A stretch of 63,567 bases of DNA, counting the filler, from Klebsormidium nitens (taxonomy: Eukaryota > Plantae > Klebsormidiophyceae): assembly GCA_000708835.1 (NCBI GenBank). It is 7 parts of 7 records of this genome, joined end to end, with 100 filler letters (N's around TTAATTAATTAA, not from the genome) between each part and the next. Parts side by side here need not be neighbours in the genome. Positions count along the whole stretch, not along the records: positions 25,207 to 36,730 come from DF237963.1; positions 36,831 to 39,887 come from DF238613.1; 5 more parts are not named here. The stretch is one strand, 5' to 3'. Numbering within the stretch: position 1 is the stretch's first letter; every line of letters begins with the position of its first letter. The translations under genes and the position numbers were made by a program. Positions 28,401 through 39,065 of this stretch are shown one piece after another. The notes beneath the pieces were generated by a model that was given only the letters and a program-made list of their open reading frames with translations, was not told the DNA's origin and searched no databases.

Positions 28401-30504
28401 GCCTTGTGGCCAGCCTTGGTGGGCAGCCCTGGTGGGTCCGTTCAGCGTCTTTCTTTTCGGATATTTTTAAGAACTCAGAGGCCGGTTTGTGGTGCAGCGC
28501 CGTCAACTACAACTTCTTTGAGAAACTTGGAGGAATGGTTGAGCGGCCCCACAAGCAGTCATCACCACGGCGGTGTACCACGTTTCAATGTCTTTCTTCT
28601 AAGAACTATTAGGCCACTTTGTGGTACATCGCCATCGACTATGACTTTTCTGGGAACTTGGTGGAATGGTCGGGCGGCCCCACAAGCAGTGGTGTACCCG
28701 GTTCATTGTCCTTCTTTCTAAGAACTAAGAGGCTAGTTTGTGGTACAGTGGGTCAGCCCCGGTGGATCAAGCGTGGTAGACGAGACACAAAGCCCATCGG
28801 CGCATGAGGCTACACCCGTTAAATGAGCTTCGACCCCAAGTTGACAACTCCTTTCTCTTTTTCGCTACTAGGAGCCCGGGCTCGATCGCTTGGACCAGCA
28901 AGTTGCCGTCGATTCTGTCCTCGACGACGCTTCTCTACCGCGCGGTGGCGAGGGTGCTTCTCGCGGTGGGTCCTCCAAGCGGGCCAAGGTGGGAAATCTA
29001 TGAGTTCGACGCGCCTCTTCTGATTTAAATAAGCTATTATGGTTTCCCGGGAATTGAAGAGATTCCTCCTGGGAAGCAAACAGAGAGTGTGCGAGAATGC
29101 TAGGGTACTCTCACAGAGTAGGAGAGGCTGGTCGCGTGCTCTCAATCCCGAGGAGGACACATATTGTCCGGCTGACAAAACAAGGAACCACATCTGATGA
29201 AGACGGTAGCATCAGCAGCACCTGGTTGCCTACCACTGTGCGAGAAGCTCCGCTCAACCTAATTATCCATTTCTTCACAGGGGCTCTTTGCGCCTCCGCG
29301 GCGAGTGACCACGGCTGAGACGTCGCAGTACCTGCAAGTCTGCAACAACAGAGCGACGGCGGCATGGAGGCGGGAATGGACACAGACCGAAGATCGTGCG
29401 AGGGTCGTTCGTCTGATCGAGGACGGCCCCCTCTTCCGCGCTTTTGCGCACACCGAGGCGGAGCGGCAGAACTCAAACGCGCGACTTCTCCACGAGTTCC
29501 AGCTGCAAGTCGCTCGTGCTGGCCATGTGGTCGAGATTGAGCAGGTCGAGGAGCTTGCTAAGAAGAAGAGGAGGCCAAAAGGGTTGGACCCAGATGCGGT
29601 CAGGATTATCGAGGCGAGGGCGATCGATGGGGCAGAGTATGAGAGGGTGAAGCGGTTGGTTCATGTGAAGAGGGATAGCGGGTCGCAGCATCTGGAGGTG
29701 ATGCGTTACGAGGCCTGTCAGTATTACGGGCTCAAGGACATTGACGAGCACTTTCTCAGAGAGACGAAAGCCCACTACAAGGCGCCGTTCTCGGAGCAGC
29801 TCGACTTTCTGTTGAAGGTGCTGCTTCCGGGGAAGTTTCTCGATGAGGGGGCCGTTGCTCGCAAGAGCCACGAAGTCGTCATGGTGCAAACGGCCCGGAA
29901 TCTGCTCACGGGCGTTATGGGCCTAGCGCATGCCTTCGACGTGGGCGGCGAGGCCCGGTCCCTACTCGCAGGCGGGCTCAAGGACAGGCTGGAGCGCTCG
30001 GACCTGTTTGAGGGCCACCGTAAGCGGGGTGGTGGGAAGGTGGCGATGCGAGAGCGGCCCGTCTCTCAACTGTTCGGCATCCAGCTCCCGAAAGTGCGAG
30101 AGGGAAAAGATGATCTCGAACCCCGGCAATGGAAGGCGGTGATGGACGGAGTGCTCAAACGCATGGGCCTCAAGCTGGGGAAAGCGATCGAGGTCAGCCG
30201 CCCGCGACGAGGGAAGGGGAAGGAGCACGAATCGGGGGCCGGAAACAGCGACTACAAGTGGAAGCTGGAGGCGAAGAACGTCCTTCGGATGGCCACGCTC
30301 GTCAAGCTGCAGGTCCGGGAGGTCCCTCGCGTCTGGCAGCATCGGCGAGAGCTGGCGCCCGCTGTACGAGAGTTCCTCAATGAAGTGGATGCCAGCGGTC
30401 TCGATTATTTATTGCGTAGGCCATCTGGTGACCCTCCGTTAGAGGACCTGGGCCCGCCGGCAGGTACGGAGGACACGGATGAGTGTATGATTGTGGTCCC
30501 ATGA
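25448..30504 (+). CDS. UL9/origin-binding-protein-like SF2 helicase with N-terminal primase-type zinc finger; 5' end missing (gap), about 996 aa recovered
   Basis: Exons 25448-25974, 26465-27035, 27445-27933, 28195-28257, 28872-28988 and 29281-30504 join in frame without stops (2991 nt). Motifs: I RSGVNTGKT, Ia ITYRVAQA, VVQVDSLLHL, II DLVILDEVASILAHL, III VLAMDD, V LMYSPTVEAGVNFDEDWF, VI QATLRVR. These parallel UL9-family motifs as recalled (Pfam Herpes_ori_bp). Upstream C-H-C-C pattern: PCYTGRIH...IYALCYS...DPC. Confidence 0.8.
27125..27301. repeat. Two 55-bp palindromic units (GTACCACAAA-35 bp-TTTGTGGTAC) in helicase intron
   Basis: Units at 27125-27179 and 27247-27301, period 122 bp, in reverse orientation relative to the copies at 30.8-31.1 kb. 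Confidence 0.9.
27962..28117. repeat. Intronic ~55-bp direct repeat pair
   Basis: CACGCACCCCTCTCTGCTTGAC...CCGTGCTCGAGCTGTT occurs near 27963 and near 28060. Confidence 0.85.
28305..28746. repeat. Intronic TTGGTGGGCCAGC-like minisatellite followed by ~120-bp tandem units with GTACC...GTGGTAC palindromes
   Basis: Degenerate GGTGGGC repeats at about 28315-28440; palindromic units at 28575-28627 and 28694-28746; partial unit ending near 28497. Confidence 0.8.
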
Positions 30505-30729
30505 TCGGCTATGGAGTTGTTCGTTGGAACTTGACACAACTACCGCATTGGCACAAGTCACTTATTGATTGAAAGCCCTCTAAAATCTCAAAGGAAGCTT
30601 TATGGCAATTCTTGGGTTGCAGCATGTAGCTCCCTTTTTGATCTATTGAGCGCATGTCCGACCAATTCGAGTGCACATCATTCGCTGATCACATGAAACG
30701 TTGTATTGGTTTCTTAGTAGTCTAAGACA

Positions 30730-31114
30730 TTCGCACTTTTGTGGTATACCTCCAAGTTGTCGGACGTGCCCCCTTAAGCGGTCCGACCATTCAACGCATG
30801 ATCGAGGCGTACCAAAATAAGATGTATATCTTCTTTATAAAGTAATCGGCCGTTTTGTGGTACACCTCCAAGTTGTCCGATGTGGCAGCGCGGCGCCCTT
30901 AAGCGGTCCGACCATCCTACGCATGATCCGCGCGTACCAAGAAATGGTGTGTTACTTCTTAAGAATCTAAGTGGTCCTTCTTTGGTACACTCTGAATCTT
31001 GCAGGGTATGGCTGGACGGCCCCTTCCAGCAGTCCAAGCATCCAATGCGTGATCCGCGTGTACCAAGAAACGATGTCTTTCTTTCTAAAGAAGCAATAGG
31101 CCGTTTTGTGGTAC
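30730..31114. repeat. ~125-bp tandem repeats each carrying a 55-bp GTACCA...TGGTAC unit
   Basis: Units at 30809-30863, 30934-30988 and 31060-31114; partial right arm near 30740. Confidence 0.9.
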
Positions 31115-31296
31115 ACTTCAAAGTTGCAAGGCATGGCCGATCTTGCCGCACAGTCCGATCTTCGAGCGGGTAATCAACCATATTCGGAACCCTTGGTTTT
31201 GCGGACCGAGCATGCACGCACATAGGGAGAGGGTTGGAAGACTTAGAACAATGTGGGGCACCCTCTTCGTCATCATTCTCGATTCGAAGGTCCATC

Positions 31297-31839
31297 ATGT
31301 CCGCCGCCGCCCCCTCGCATGATGCCGCACACTCAACAGCATCCTATATGCCACAACTTTGGAAGCGGGATAAGGGTTGCTTCATTTGCCTCGAACGGCA
31401 TGCCAATGCCTCAGCGACTTGCAACAAGAGCTTCATGTCGAAGCAAGCCTTGGAAGGTCATCGGAAGCGGATGGGGTGTCAGCCTTGGAAGCTCCCGAGC
31501 GATCGTGCGCCCTCAAAGTATGATGGCCTCGAGCCAAGAGCTTCCCGTCAATTGAAGCGCCAGAGCAACACCGCCGCAGTTGCAAAGTATCGCCGCACTC
31601 TTGAAGGAGAGCGCGCGGTCTTTCGCTCACGACACATGGCAAAGTACCGCATCTTGGCTCGCAGCGCCATCCCCGCTCCACCCATGCCAAAGGCACCGGA
31701 GTACACGCCCCCGCCATTGTCGTGGCTCATCGCAGGCGCCGAGCTTCTTCCATGCGAAGCCTTGGAAATGTTGGATCGTGGCAAGATTGTGTTGAGCCAC
31801 AAGACTTGGTCGGTGCGCTTCCATCCTGACAAGATCAAG
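31297..31839 (+). CDS. Hypothetical protein exon with QALxGH-type zinc finger, bZIP-like basic segment and J-domain-like HPD motif; 3' part unresolved
   Basis: ATG at 31297; contains TCNKSFMSKQALEGHRKRMGC, LKRQSNTAAVAKYRR and HKTWSVRFHPDKIK; donor GTAGGT at 31840; copia inserted 122 bp downstream of the exon end. Confidence 0.55.
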
Positions 31840-31961
31840 GTAGGTGCCACGAATTCTTCAATTCCTTGAAGTTGGAAAAAATAGCGTGTACATCTCCGAG
31901 AATTAGTGTACATCACTCAAAATATATAGTCGATTGGACAAAGATTCGTGTACATACGCAC

Positions 31962-32349
31962 TGTTGGATTGTGACGAGACAATCCGGACGCCAAACATTA
32001 GGGTTAGTAGATTAGGGTTTGTGGGTTTGAGTCTAGATCGTAGGGTCAGGAGTAGACCCGGCCTTGGGTCGATTGTAGGCCGTCGATATTGTGACTCAAT
32101 GGTTAGAGTCGGAATTGAATCGAGTTGGACCCTAGCCTAGGTTGCGTAACTCGGAGTAAGGGGAGTACCCTAGATCTGGAAGACTCTAGAAGTTGATCTG
32201 GGTATGCAGGAAGTTAGGAACGGGACCTGACATGAACCTGCATCATAATAAGAATGTGTCTACGTGCAGTTGAGAGTTGAGGGCGCCTCCCCATGTGCTT
32301 TGTGTGCACCTCTGCATCCATGTGTGCTGTCTCTAGCTGATTTCCAACA
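31962..32349 (+). repeat. 5' LTR of copia element (388 bp)
   Basis: Starts TGTTGGA and ends TCCAACA (7-bp inverted termini), immediately followed by the PBS. Confidence 0.85.
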
Positions 32350-32365
32350 GGTTATGGGCCCACCA
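32350..32365 (+). other. Primer-binding site for a half-molecule of initiator tRNA-Met
   Basis: GGTTATGGGCCCACCA is complementary to the internal UGGUGGGCCCAUAACC segment of plant tRNA-iMet as recalled, not to the tRNA 3' end. Confidence 0.85.
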
Positions 32366-32486
32366 TTGCAAGGGTGAATCTGCTGTGAAGTTAGCGTTGG
32401 GAGAGAAGCCGCGTGGTGTAGAGAAGTTGTCTTGTGAGAGGGTGAATTCTTGAAGCTTGAGGGAGTAGAGAATTCAGAAGGCAACG

Positions 32487-35400
32487 ATGGGGAGCTTAAA
32501 GATCTCGATGGAGCCTCTCGGGGAGGGGAACTACCACTCGTGGTCGATCAAGATGAAGAGTTATCTTATCACCAAGAGCTTGTGGAGGGGGGTAGAAAAT
32601 CCATCGGAGAACGAAGAGGAGTCAAAGCAGGCGTTGGCTCTGATAACGTTGAACGTGTCAGACCATCTGCTGGGGAGCCTGTCAGAGCTGCAAGATGCTG
32701 GGAAAGCGTGGAAGCAGCTAGAGAGCACTTTCAAGAGCAAGAGCGTGGCTCGGAAGTTGCAGCTAAAGAGGGAGCTGCAGACACTCAAGATGAAGGGAGA
32801 TGAGAGTGTCACTCTCTATATCACACGGGCGCGTGATATCTGGCAGGAGCTGAAAGCTACGGGTGAGAAAGTCACTGATCAGGAGCTTGCATGGAGTGTG
32901 TTGACCGGGTTGCCTAGCTCGTTTGACGTGTTGGTAACGGTGCTAGAGACTCAGGCTGAGGATCAGTTAACGGTAGATAAGATCTTGCCTACTCTGGTTG
33001 TGCATGAGCAGAGGTTAGGAGGATCTGGAGGTTCCAGTGAGGAGAGGGACACGGCTGTAGCGTTCGCGGCCAGCGGGAAGGGTCGCAAGAGCTTTGGGGG
33101 CAAAGGGGCCTCGGGAGGTACGAAGGGCTCTGCCCGAGGGGACGTGAGTGGCGTGAGGTGCAGGAAGTGTGGGGAGCTTGGGCACTTTGCGAGGGACTGC
33201 ACCCAGGAGGTCAGGTGCAACAATTGCTTGCAGCATGGCCACATGGCGAAGGAGTGCAGGAAGCCACCCACGTGTCTCAAGTGCGGGAAGTCGGGGCACG
33301 TGGCCAAGGACTGCAGAAGCGGGGGCAGTTCTGGGGGCCCGAATAAGCGGGGAGTGGCGTTTTCTGCGGTGGCCGAGGACAGGGGCGGTGCAAGCGTCGA
33401 GTGGCTGCTGGACTCGGGGAGCAGCGAACGTCTGACGGGGAACAAGGAAGTCTTCAAGACGTTCCGGGCAATCAGCAAGGTGGCTGGGCGTATCACGTTT
33501 GGGAACGGGGGGGTCCTGTATGCAGAGGGGGAGGGGACCGTCGAGCTGCAGTGCAAAGTGCCGGGTGGTGAACAGCTCGTAACCCTCACCAACGTGAAGT
33601 ACATCCCAGGTATGCCGGTGAACCTTGTCTCGGTGGGTTGCGTAGAAAGTAGAGGAGCTGTGGTTGTGTTCAGGCAAGGCGGGAGTCAGGTCTTGCTGGA
33701 CGGTGATGTCGTGATGGAGGCTAGACTGTCAGAGGGGGTCTATGTCATTGAGATGGCCGGGGCTGTGTGCAACGTGGTCAGGAGCGAGTCGGCGACGTTG
33801 TGGCACAGACGGCTGGGGCACGCAGGGTTCGAAAACCTAGCAAAGATGGTCGAGAACGGCTGCGTGAGCGGGGTCAGGGTTAGCGCGGATGAGTTTCGAG
33901 GGGAGTTAACCCGGGTCTGCGAGCCGTGTGTGATGGGAAAGCAAACAAGAGCGCCCTTTCCGGCGAAGAAGGAGAGCGAGACGGAAGTGAAGGGGCCCCT
34001 GGATTTGGTGCACACAGACGTGTGTGGCCCGATGCCAGAAGAGTCGATTGGGGGCAGCCGGTTCTTCGTGACGGTGCTCGATGACTACAGCAAGCTGTCG
34101 GTGGTGACGCCGATCCGGAGGAAGAGCGAGGTGAAGGACGTGTTAGAGGGGGTGTTCAACCGGTTAGAGACGGAGACCGGCAAGCGGGTTAAGCGGGTTC
34201 AGAGTGACCGGGGGAAGGAATACCTCAACAAGGAGATCAAGCAGATGTACCGGGGCCGGGGGATCATCCAGCTCGCACATCGGCTCGGTACAGTCCGAAA
34301 GAGAACGGATCGGCAGAAAGTCTTAACCGTAGGCTGGAGGAGAGGACACGGGCGATGCTGGAAGACTCGGGGTTGCCGAGCAAGCTGTGGGCGGAAGCGG
34401 TGGTTAGCGCTAACTACACACGAAACCGGACGCCGGTGAAGGAGCACGGGAAAACCCCGCTGGAGATGCTGACGGGCAAGAAGCCGGACCTGAGCAGGCT
34501 GCGGGTGTGGGGAGCACCAGCCTACATGCACGTGCCGAAGGGACTGCGCACGAAACTGGAGCCGGTGAGCCAGAAGGGGTGGTTCGTGGGATACGAACCG
34601 GATTCGACGGGTTACAGGTTTTTGCGGAAGAAAGACGGGCGGATCTTGGTGACGAGGGACCTGATCGTAGACGAGGGCGTCGCAGGGGAAAGCGTGGTGG
34701 AAGACGAGGTGGCAGAGCCCAACCCGGGGAAGCCAACCGGGGGAGAGGGGTCGGGGGAGTCTGCGCCTCGGGAGGAGAAGCGGGAGGCAGTCGAGGAGAT
34801 TGACCTGCGGAGCGACGATGAGGAGGAAGACGGGCAGCGCTACCCAACGCGGGCGCACGTCGTTCCAGCGCGGTATGCCAACGTGGCGCGGGCACGTGGC
34901 GGTGACGCGTGGCAGACGGAGAATACCTCCGTCGTCGTCGAGCCGAGCTCCGACGCAGGGAAGGAGCAGGGGGGTGCTCGCGGCCCTAGTCGTGTGAGCC
35001 CCCCTGTCTCAGCTGGTGCGGGGGCTACTCCCACGGGAGAGGCCAGTGCCGGCAAACGGGGTGAGGGCCATAACACGCAAAATACGTTGGGAGGCCAAAA
35101 TGGGGCCAAAACGTATAGTCCGCCCCTAGAGACACCCAACGAGGGTTCGGGGTTGAAAGAACCCCAGTCGTACCAGGAAGCCGTAGGGGGAGAGCAGAGT
35201 GAAATCTGGCGGCAGTCCATGGACGACGAGATGCGGAGTCTGCTGGAGAACGGGACGTGGGAGTTGGTCCCGAAGCCTGAGGGGGTGAAGCCGGTCCCGA
35301 TGAAGTGGGTTTACAAAATCAAGCAGGACGCAGCGGGAAACATCGAGCGGTTCAAATCGCGACTGGTGGCGAAGGGGTTTCTCCAGCGGCAGGGGGTGGA

Positions 35401-36685
35401 CTTCGAGGAGGTGTACGCGCCGGTGTCGAAGCACACGACGCTGAGGGCGTTGCTGGGAGTCGTTGCGGCGAGAGACTTAGAGCTGCACCAGCTGGACGTC
35501 AAGACGGCGTTTCTGAACGGTGAGCTGGAGGAGGAGATTTACATGCAGCAGCCGCAGGGGTATGAGCAGGGTGGACCGAAGACGGTGTGTCGTCTGAAGA
35601 AGACGATTTACGGGTTGCGCCAGGCGCCGAGGGCTTGGCACCAGAGGCTGAAGGCGGAGCTGGGGGAAATCGAGTTTCAGGCCTCTGAGAGCGACGCAGC
35701 GCTGTTTACGGGAGTAGTAGACGGAGAGCGGGTGTGGGTAGTCGTCTGGGTGGACGACATTCTGATCGCAGCGGCGGGGGAGAAGAGGTTGGCCAAGGTG
35801 AAGGCGCACCTGTCGAGGAAGTTTGACGTGCGTGACCTGGGACCGGCGGAGTACTTCCTGGGGATGGAGCTGACGCGCGACAGGCGCGCGCGCACGGTCA
35901 AGCTGACGCAGAAGAAGCTGACGAAGGAGTTGCTGGGGCGGTACGAGCTGGAGGCAGCAAAGGCGCGAAGCACTCCGCTGTCGTCGGGGGAGAAGCTGCA
36001 GAAGGAGGGGGATCCTCTTGACACCGGCAAGTACCCCTACAGTGAGTTGGTCGGGAGCCTGCTGTATCTGAGTGTGTGCACGCGGCCGGACATTGCGCAG
36101 GCAGTTGGAGCGCTGGCGCGCTACATGTCGGGGCCGACACAGGAGCACTGGCGGGCAGCGCTTGGGGTGGTGCGCTACCTGTCCGGGACAGCAGAGCTGG
36201 GAGTGACGTTCGGGGGGAGCGCAGAGCCGCTGGTGGGTTATGCAGACGCAGATTATGCGGGGGACGTGGACAGCCGCAGATCCACGACCGGGTACGTCTT
36301 CCTGGTGTACGGGGGAGCCGCAAGCTGGTCGAGCAGGCTGCAGCCCACGGTGGCAGCCTCAACGGTGGAAGCGGAGTACATGAGCGCGGCGAGTGCCGCG
36401 AAGGAGGCGCTGTGGCTGAGGAAGCTGTGTGGAGATTTGGAGCTGCCCGGGGGAGCTGTCCAGATCTACGGGGATAACCAGGGTGCGCTGCAGCTGCTGA
36501 AGCACCCGATTGCTTCGCAGCGCACCAAGCACATCGACGTGCTGCATCACTTTGTGCGAGAGAGAGTGGCTCGGAGGGAGCTGCGGTACGAGTACGTTCC
36601 GACGAAGCAGATGGTGGCGGACGTCTTTACTAAGCCGTTGGACCCGGGCCAGTTCAGAGCGTGCAGGGAGATGCTAGGGATGTAA
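32487..36685 (+). CDS. Copia gag-pol polyprotein with one frameshift near 34270
   Basis: Gag start NYHSWSIKMKSYL; three CCHC knuckles; protease WLLDSG; integrase LWHRRLGH, CEPC, HTDVCGP, QSDRGKEY and (after the frameshift) ENGSAE; RT QLDVKTAFLNG, YGLRQAPRAW, VWVDD; RNase H ADADYAGD, YGDNQGA, TKHIDVLHHFVRE. Confidence 0.95.
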
Positions 36686-36934
36686 TCGAGAGGCAGTGTA
36701 GAAAGAGAGATAATGTTCGGCGTGGGGGAGNNNNNNNNNNNNNNNNNNNNNNNNNNNNNNNNNNNNNNNNNNNNTTAATTAATTAANNNNNNNNNNNNNN
36801 NNNNNNNNNNNNNNNNNNNNNNNNNNNNNNCTCAGCCCCCCCCCCCTCATCAGAATACCTACCCCGCTGCCGCGCGGGCCAAGCTTCAAAGTTCGACGGT
36901 ACAAATTACAGTTTCATCGAAACCGTCGCCCCGG

Positions 36935-37512
36935 ATATACAGGAAGTTTACGCTCTCTAAGCTACGCTCTCTAAGGATAGCGACGATTTCAGGAATTGCA
37001 ACGATTCCACCGTGGCCACTACCCTTTGAAGTTTGCACCGGGGCAGCCTCCTGGGACAAGAACTCGACGGCGCGGATCGATCGAGCTCTGGAAGAAAGTT
37101 GCCCGTCCGTAAGTTAGCTGCGTGACCGGTCATCGGTGCCAGGTTCATCATCTGACCGGAGGGCGCTGAATATAGCCAGCGAAAGCCACCGAAGCAGCCG
37201 GTACGTTCCTGGTGGTCACCTGCCAAGACCTCGGAGTGCGGGCCCGGGCAACGCTGACCCAGTCCGGACACCCCCCTGGGACACTGAATTTGTACCGCGG
37301 AATTAAACTGGCCGGTACTGACTGGTGGCGACCGGCGTTTGTCAATGCTCACTGCACTCGATGCGAACCGTCGATTTCAGGCCCGTAAGTATATGGACGG
37401 CAACAGTCAGTTAGATTGCTGCCACGCTGGAAATTGTCGCTACGTCAGCAAAGTCTGCAATCGGGCGAGTTTAGAGAGCGTAGGGCTTAGAGAGCGTAAA
37501 CTTCTTACATAT
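36935..37512. mobile_element. MITE with imperfect TIRs and 8-bp TSD (hAT-like)
   Basis: Left end ATATACAGGAAGTTTACGCTCTCTAAG matches the reverse complement of the right end ATATGTAAGAAGTTTACGCTCTCTAAG; CGCCCCGG direct repeat at 36927-36934 and 37513-37520. Confidence 0.8.
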
Positions 37513-37560
37513 CGCCCCGGCCCCAGGGGGACCAAACGCCTCAGGTATTAATAGGTTTGC

Positions 37561-37687
37561 CTCCTGAACCATGTGCCAGCAGCCAAACCCCTCATTGCCC
37601 CAACCCGAAAATTGGTGGAATCAAACCTCCGAAGGGTCTTGTTTGTAACCCTTGAGTTTTGGGTTGGGGCAAGAAGGGGTTCAGGAG
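37561..37687. repeat. Small foldback element
   Basis: CTCCTGAACC pairs with GGTTCAGGAG; TTGCCCCAACCC pairs with GGGTTGGGGCAA. Confidence 0.7.
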
Positions 37688-37704
37688 CTATTTTGTGCTA
37701 ATTA

Positions 37705-38092
37705 GGCCACGCGAAGTCAATATGTTGTTTCCGGTCCACCCCCTTCTGGGGTGGGTCGGTCGGTCGGCAGAAAATAATAAATAAAGTTTTGGGCTGATAT
37801 AGGATATTTCTTCGCATTTTGCACAAAAACTGACCCAAAAATCCAACATCCGCGATTTGGGTAGTAATTTTGGCCCAAGAATCCGTTCTTCCTGACGGAT
37901 GAGAGCAGAACTTGTCGAATTCGTCAAGTTTTCCCTCTTGATGTCGAGACTCACAGCCAATTTGACCAATTTTAAGGTGCATAAGTGGCATATGACCTGC
38001 CAAAATCCAAATTATTATATTATTGTTTTTCAAAATCTTCCAAAATTTGGGTCGGTCGCGGACCGGAAACTACATATCGACTTCGCGTGGCC
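37705..38092. mobile_element. Tourist-like (PIF/Harbinger) MITE
   Basis: 33-bp TIR GGCCACGCGAAGTC(A/G)ATATGT(T/A)GTTTCCGGTCC with 2 mismatches; TTA on both sides (37702-37704, 38093-38095). Confidence 0.88.
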
Positions 38093-38325
38093 TTAAGGAG
38101 GGTTAACCAGGCAGAAATGCCTAAACTGCTTGATAACCAGCCACTAGACCCAATCTACATGCCAACCGGGACCTACCGAGCACTGGGGACGCTTTAAAAG
38201 GCAATCTGGACCGTTCATTGAAGAGAGATTTCATCCGACGGCACATAACATGGTGTCGGCCCTTCAACTGGTGTTTGGTCCCCCTGCCCGGCCCGGTTGG
38301 CAGGCCGCAGAGTGGGGCAAAACGT

Positions 38326-38735
38326 ACAAAACTTGTGAACTCCTTTCGAAAGTTCGGATGCGGACGGTCTTTGTCCAGTGTTTTGGGTAGTACCGGCGCG
38401 GATTGGGATTGGCGGACGGTATGCACCGTTTAATACGAGTACGGTACCGGGTAAAGCAACCGGGACACTCTCTGTGACATTAGGGTTAAGTCACAAAGTA
38501 CTGATGGTGTGTTAGGGTTACGCCACTTCCTGGGACGGTTTGTTAGGGTCACGTCCCTTCCCTGTGACTGCTCTCAGATTAGGGTTCCCACTAACGGCTG
38601 AGCACTTATTCCTAGGATTTTAGTGTGGTTAGGACCACCCGGTTGGTAGGACGACGAAAAATACCGGTCGCAAGCTTTGACCGGCGACAGGAACCGTCCG
38701 CGTCCGAACTTTCGAAAGGAGTTCACAAGTTTTGT
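38326..38735. mobile_element. Foldback/MITE-like element with 42-bp inverted repeats
   Basis: ACAAAACTTGTGAACTCCTTTCGAAAGTTCGGA(T/C)GCGGACGG at 38326-38367 and inverted at 38694-38735; no clear TSD. Confidence 0.75.
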
Positions 38736-38877
38736 GCCTCTTGCGCTAGCCTGTCACTGGGGCAAAACTATCAAAGTAGACTCCTTTTGTTAGTGTCTCC
38801 GCCACTCTGAGTGGTGTGAAGCACTCTCAAGCACCTGGAAGCACCTGAATTATTGCAGTCTTTCAGCGGTTAGTAAT

Positions 38878-39065
38878 GAGACTGACACTGACATTGACAC
38901 TGACAATGACATTGACATTGACATCGACATTAACATTGACCCAGGGCACTCTCTGTGACATTAGGGTTACGTTGCAAACCTGTGACGGTTCACGGCAATC
39001 GACGAGCGCTTTGTTAGAGTCACGCCATTTCCAAGTGACATTAGGGTTAGTCACTGACAGTGACA
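38878..39065. repeat. (TGACAY)n hexamer run plus GTGACATTAGGGTT repeats
   Basis: About 10 hexamers at 38878-38940; CTCTGTGACATTAGGGTT near 38471 and 38951; GTGACATTAGGGTT near 39035. Confidence 0.8.

Larger units (their letters stand above)
31962..36730 (+). mobile_element. Ty1/copia LTR retrotransposon; 3' LTR lost in gap
   Basis: 5' LTR, PBS, gag-protease-integrase-RT-RNaseH order, and a purine tract GTGGGGGAG directly before the gap at 36731. Confidence 0.97.

Noticed and set aside
32963-36550. Several 100-220 aa ORFs antisense to or overlapping the copia pol
   Set aside because: Shadow frames of a GC-rich coding region with no independent motifs.
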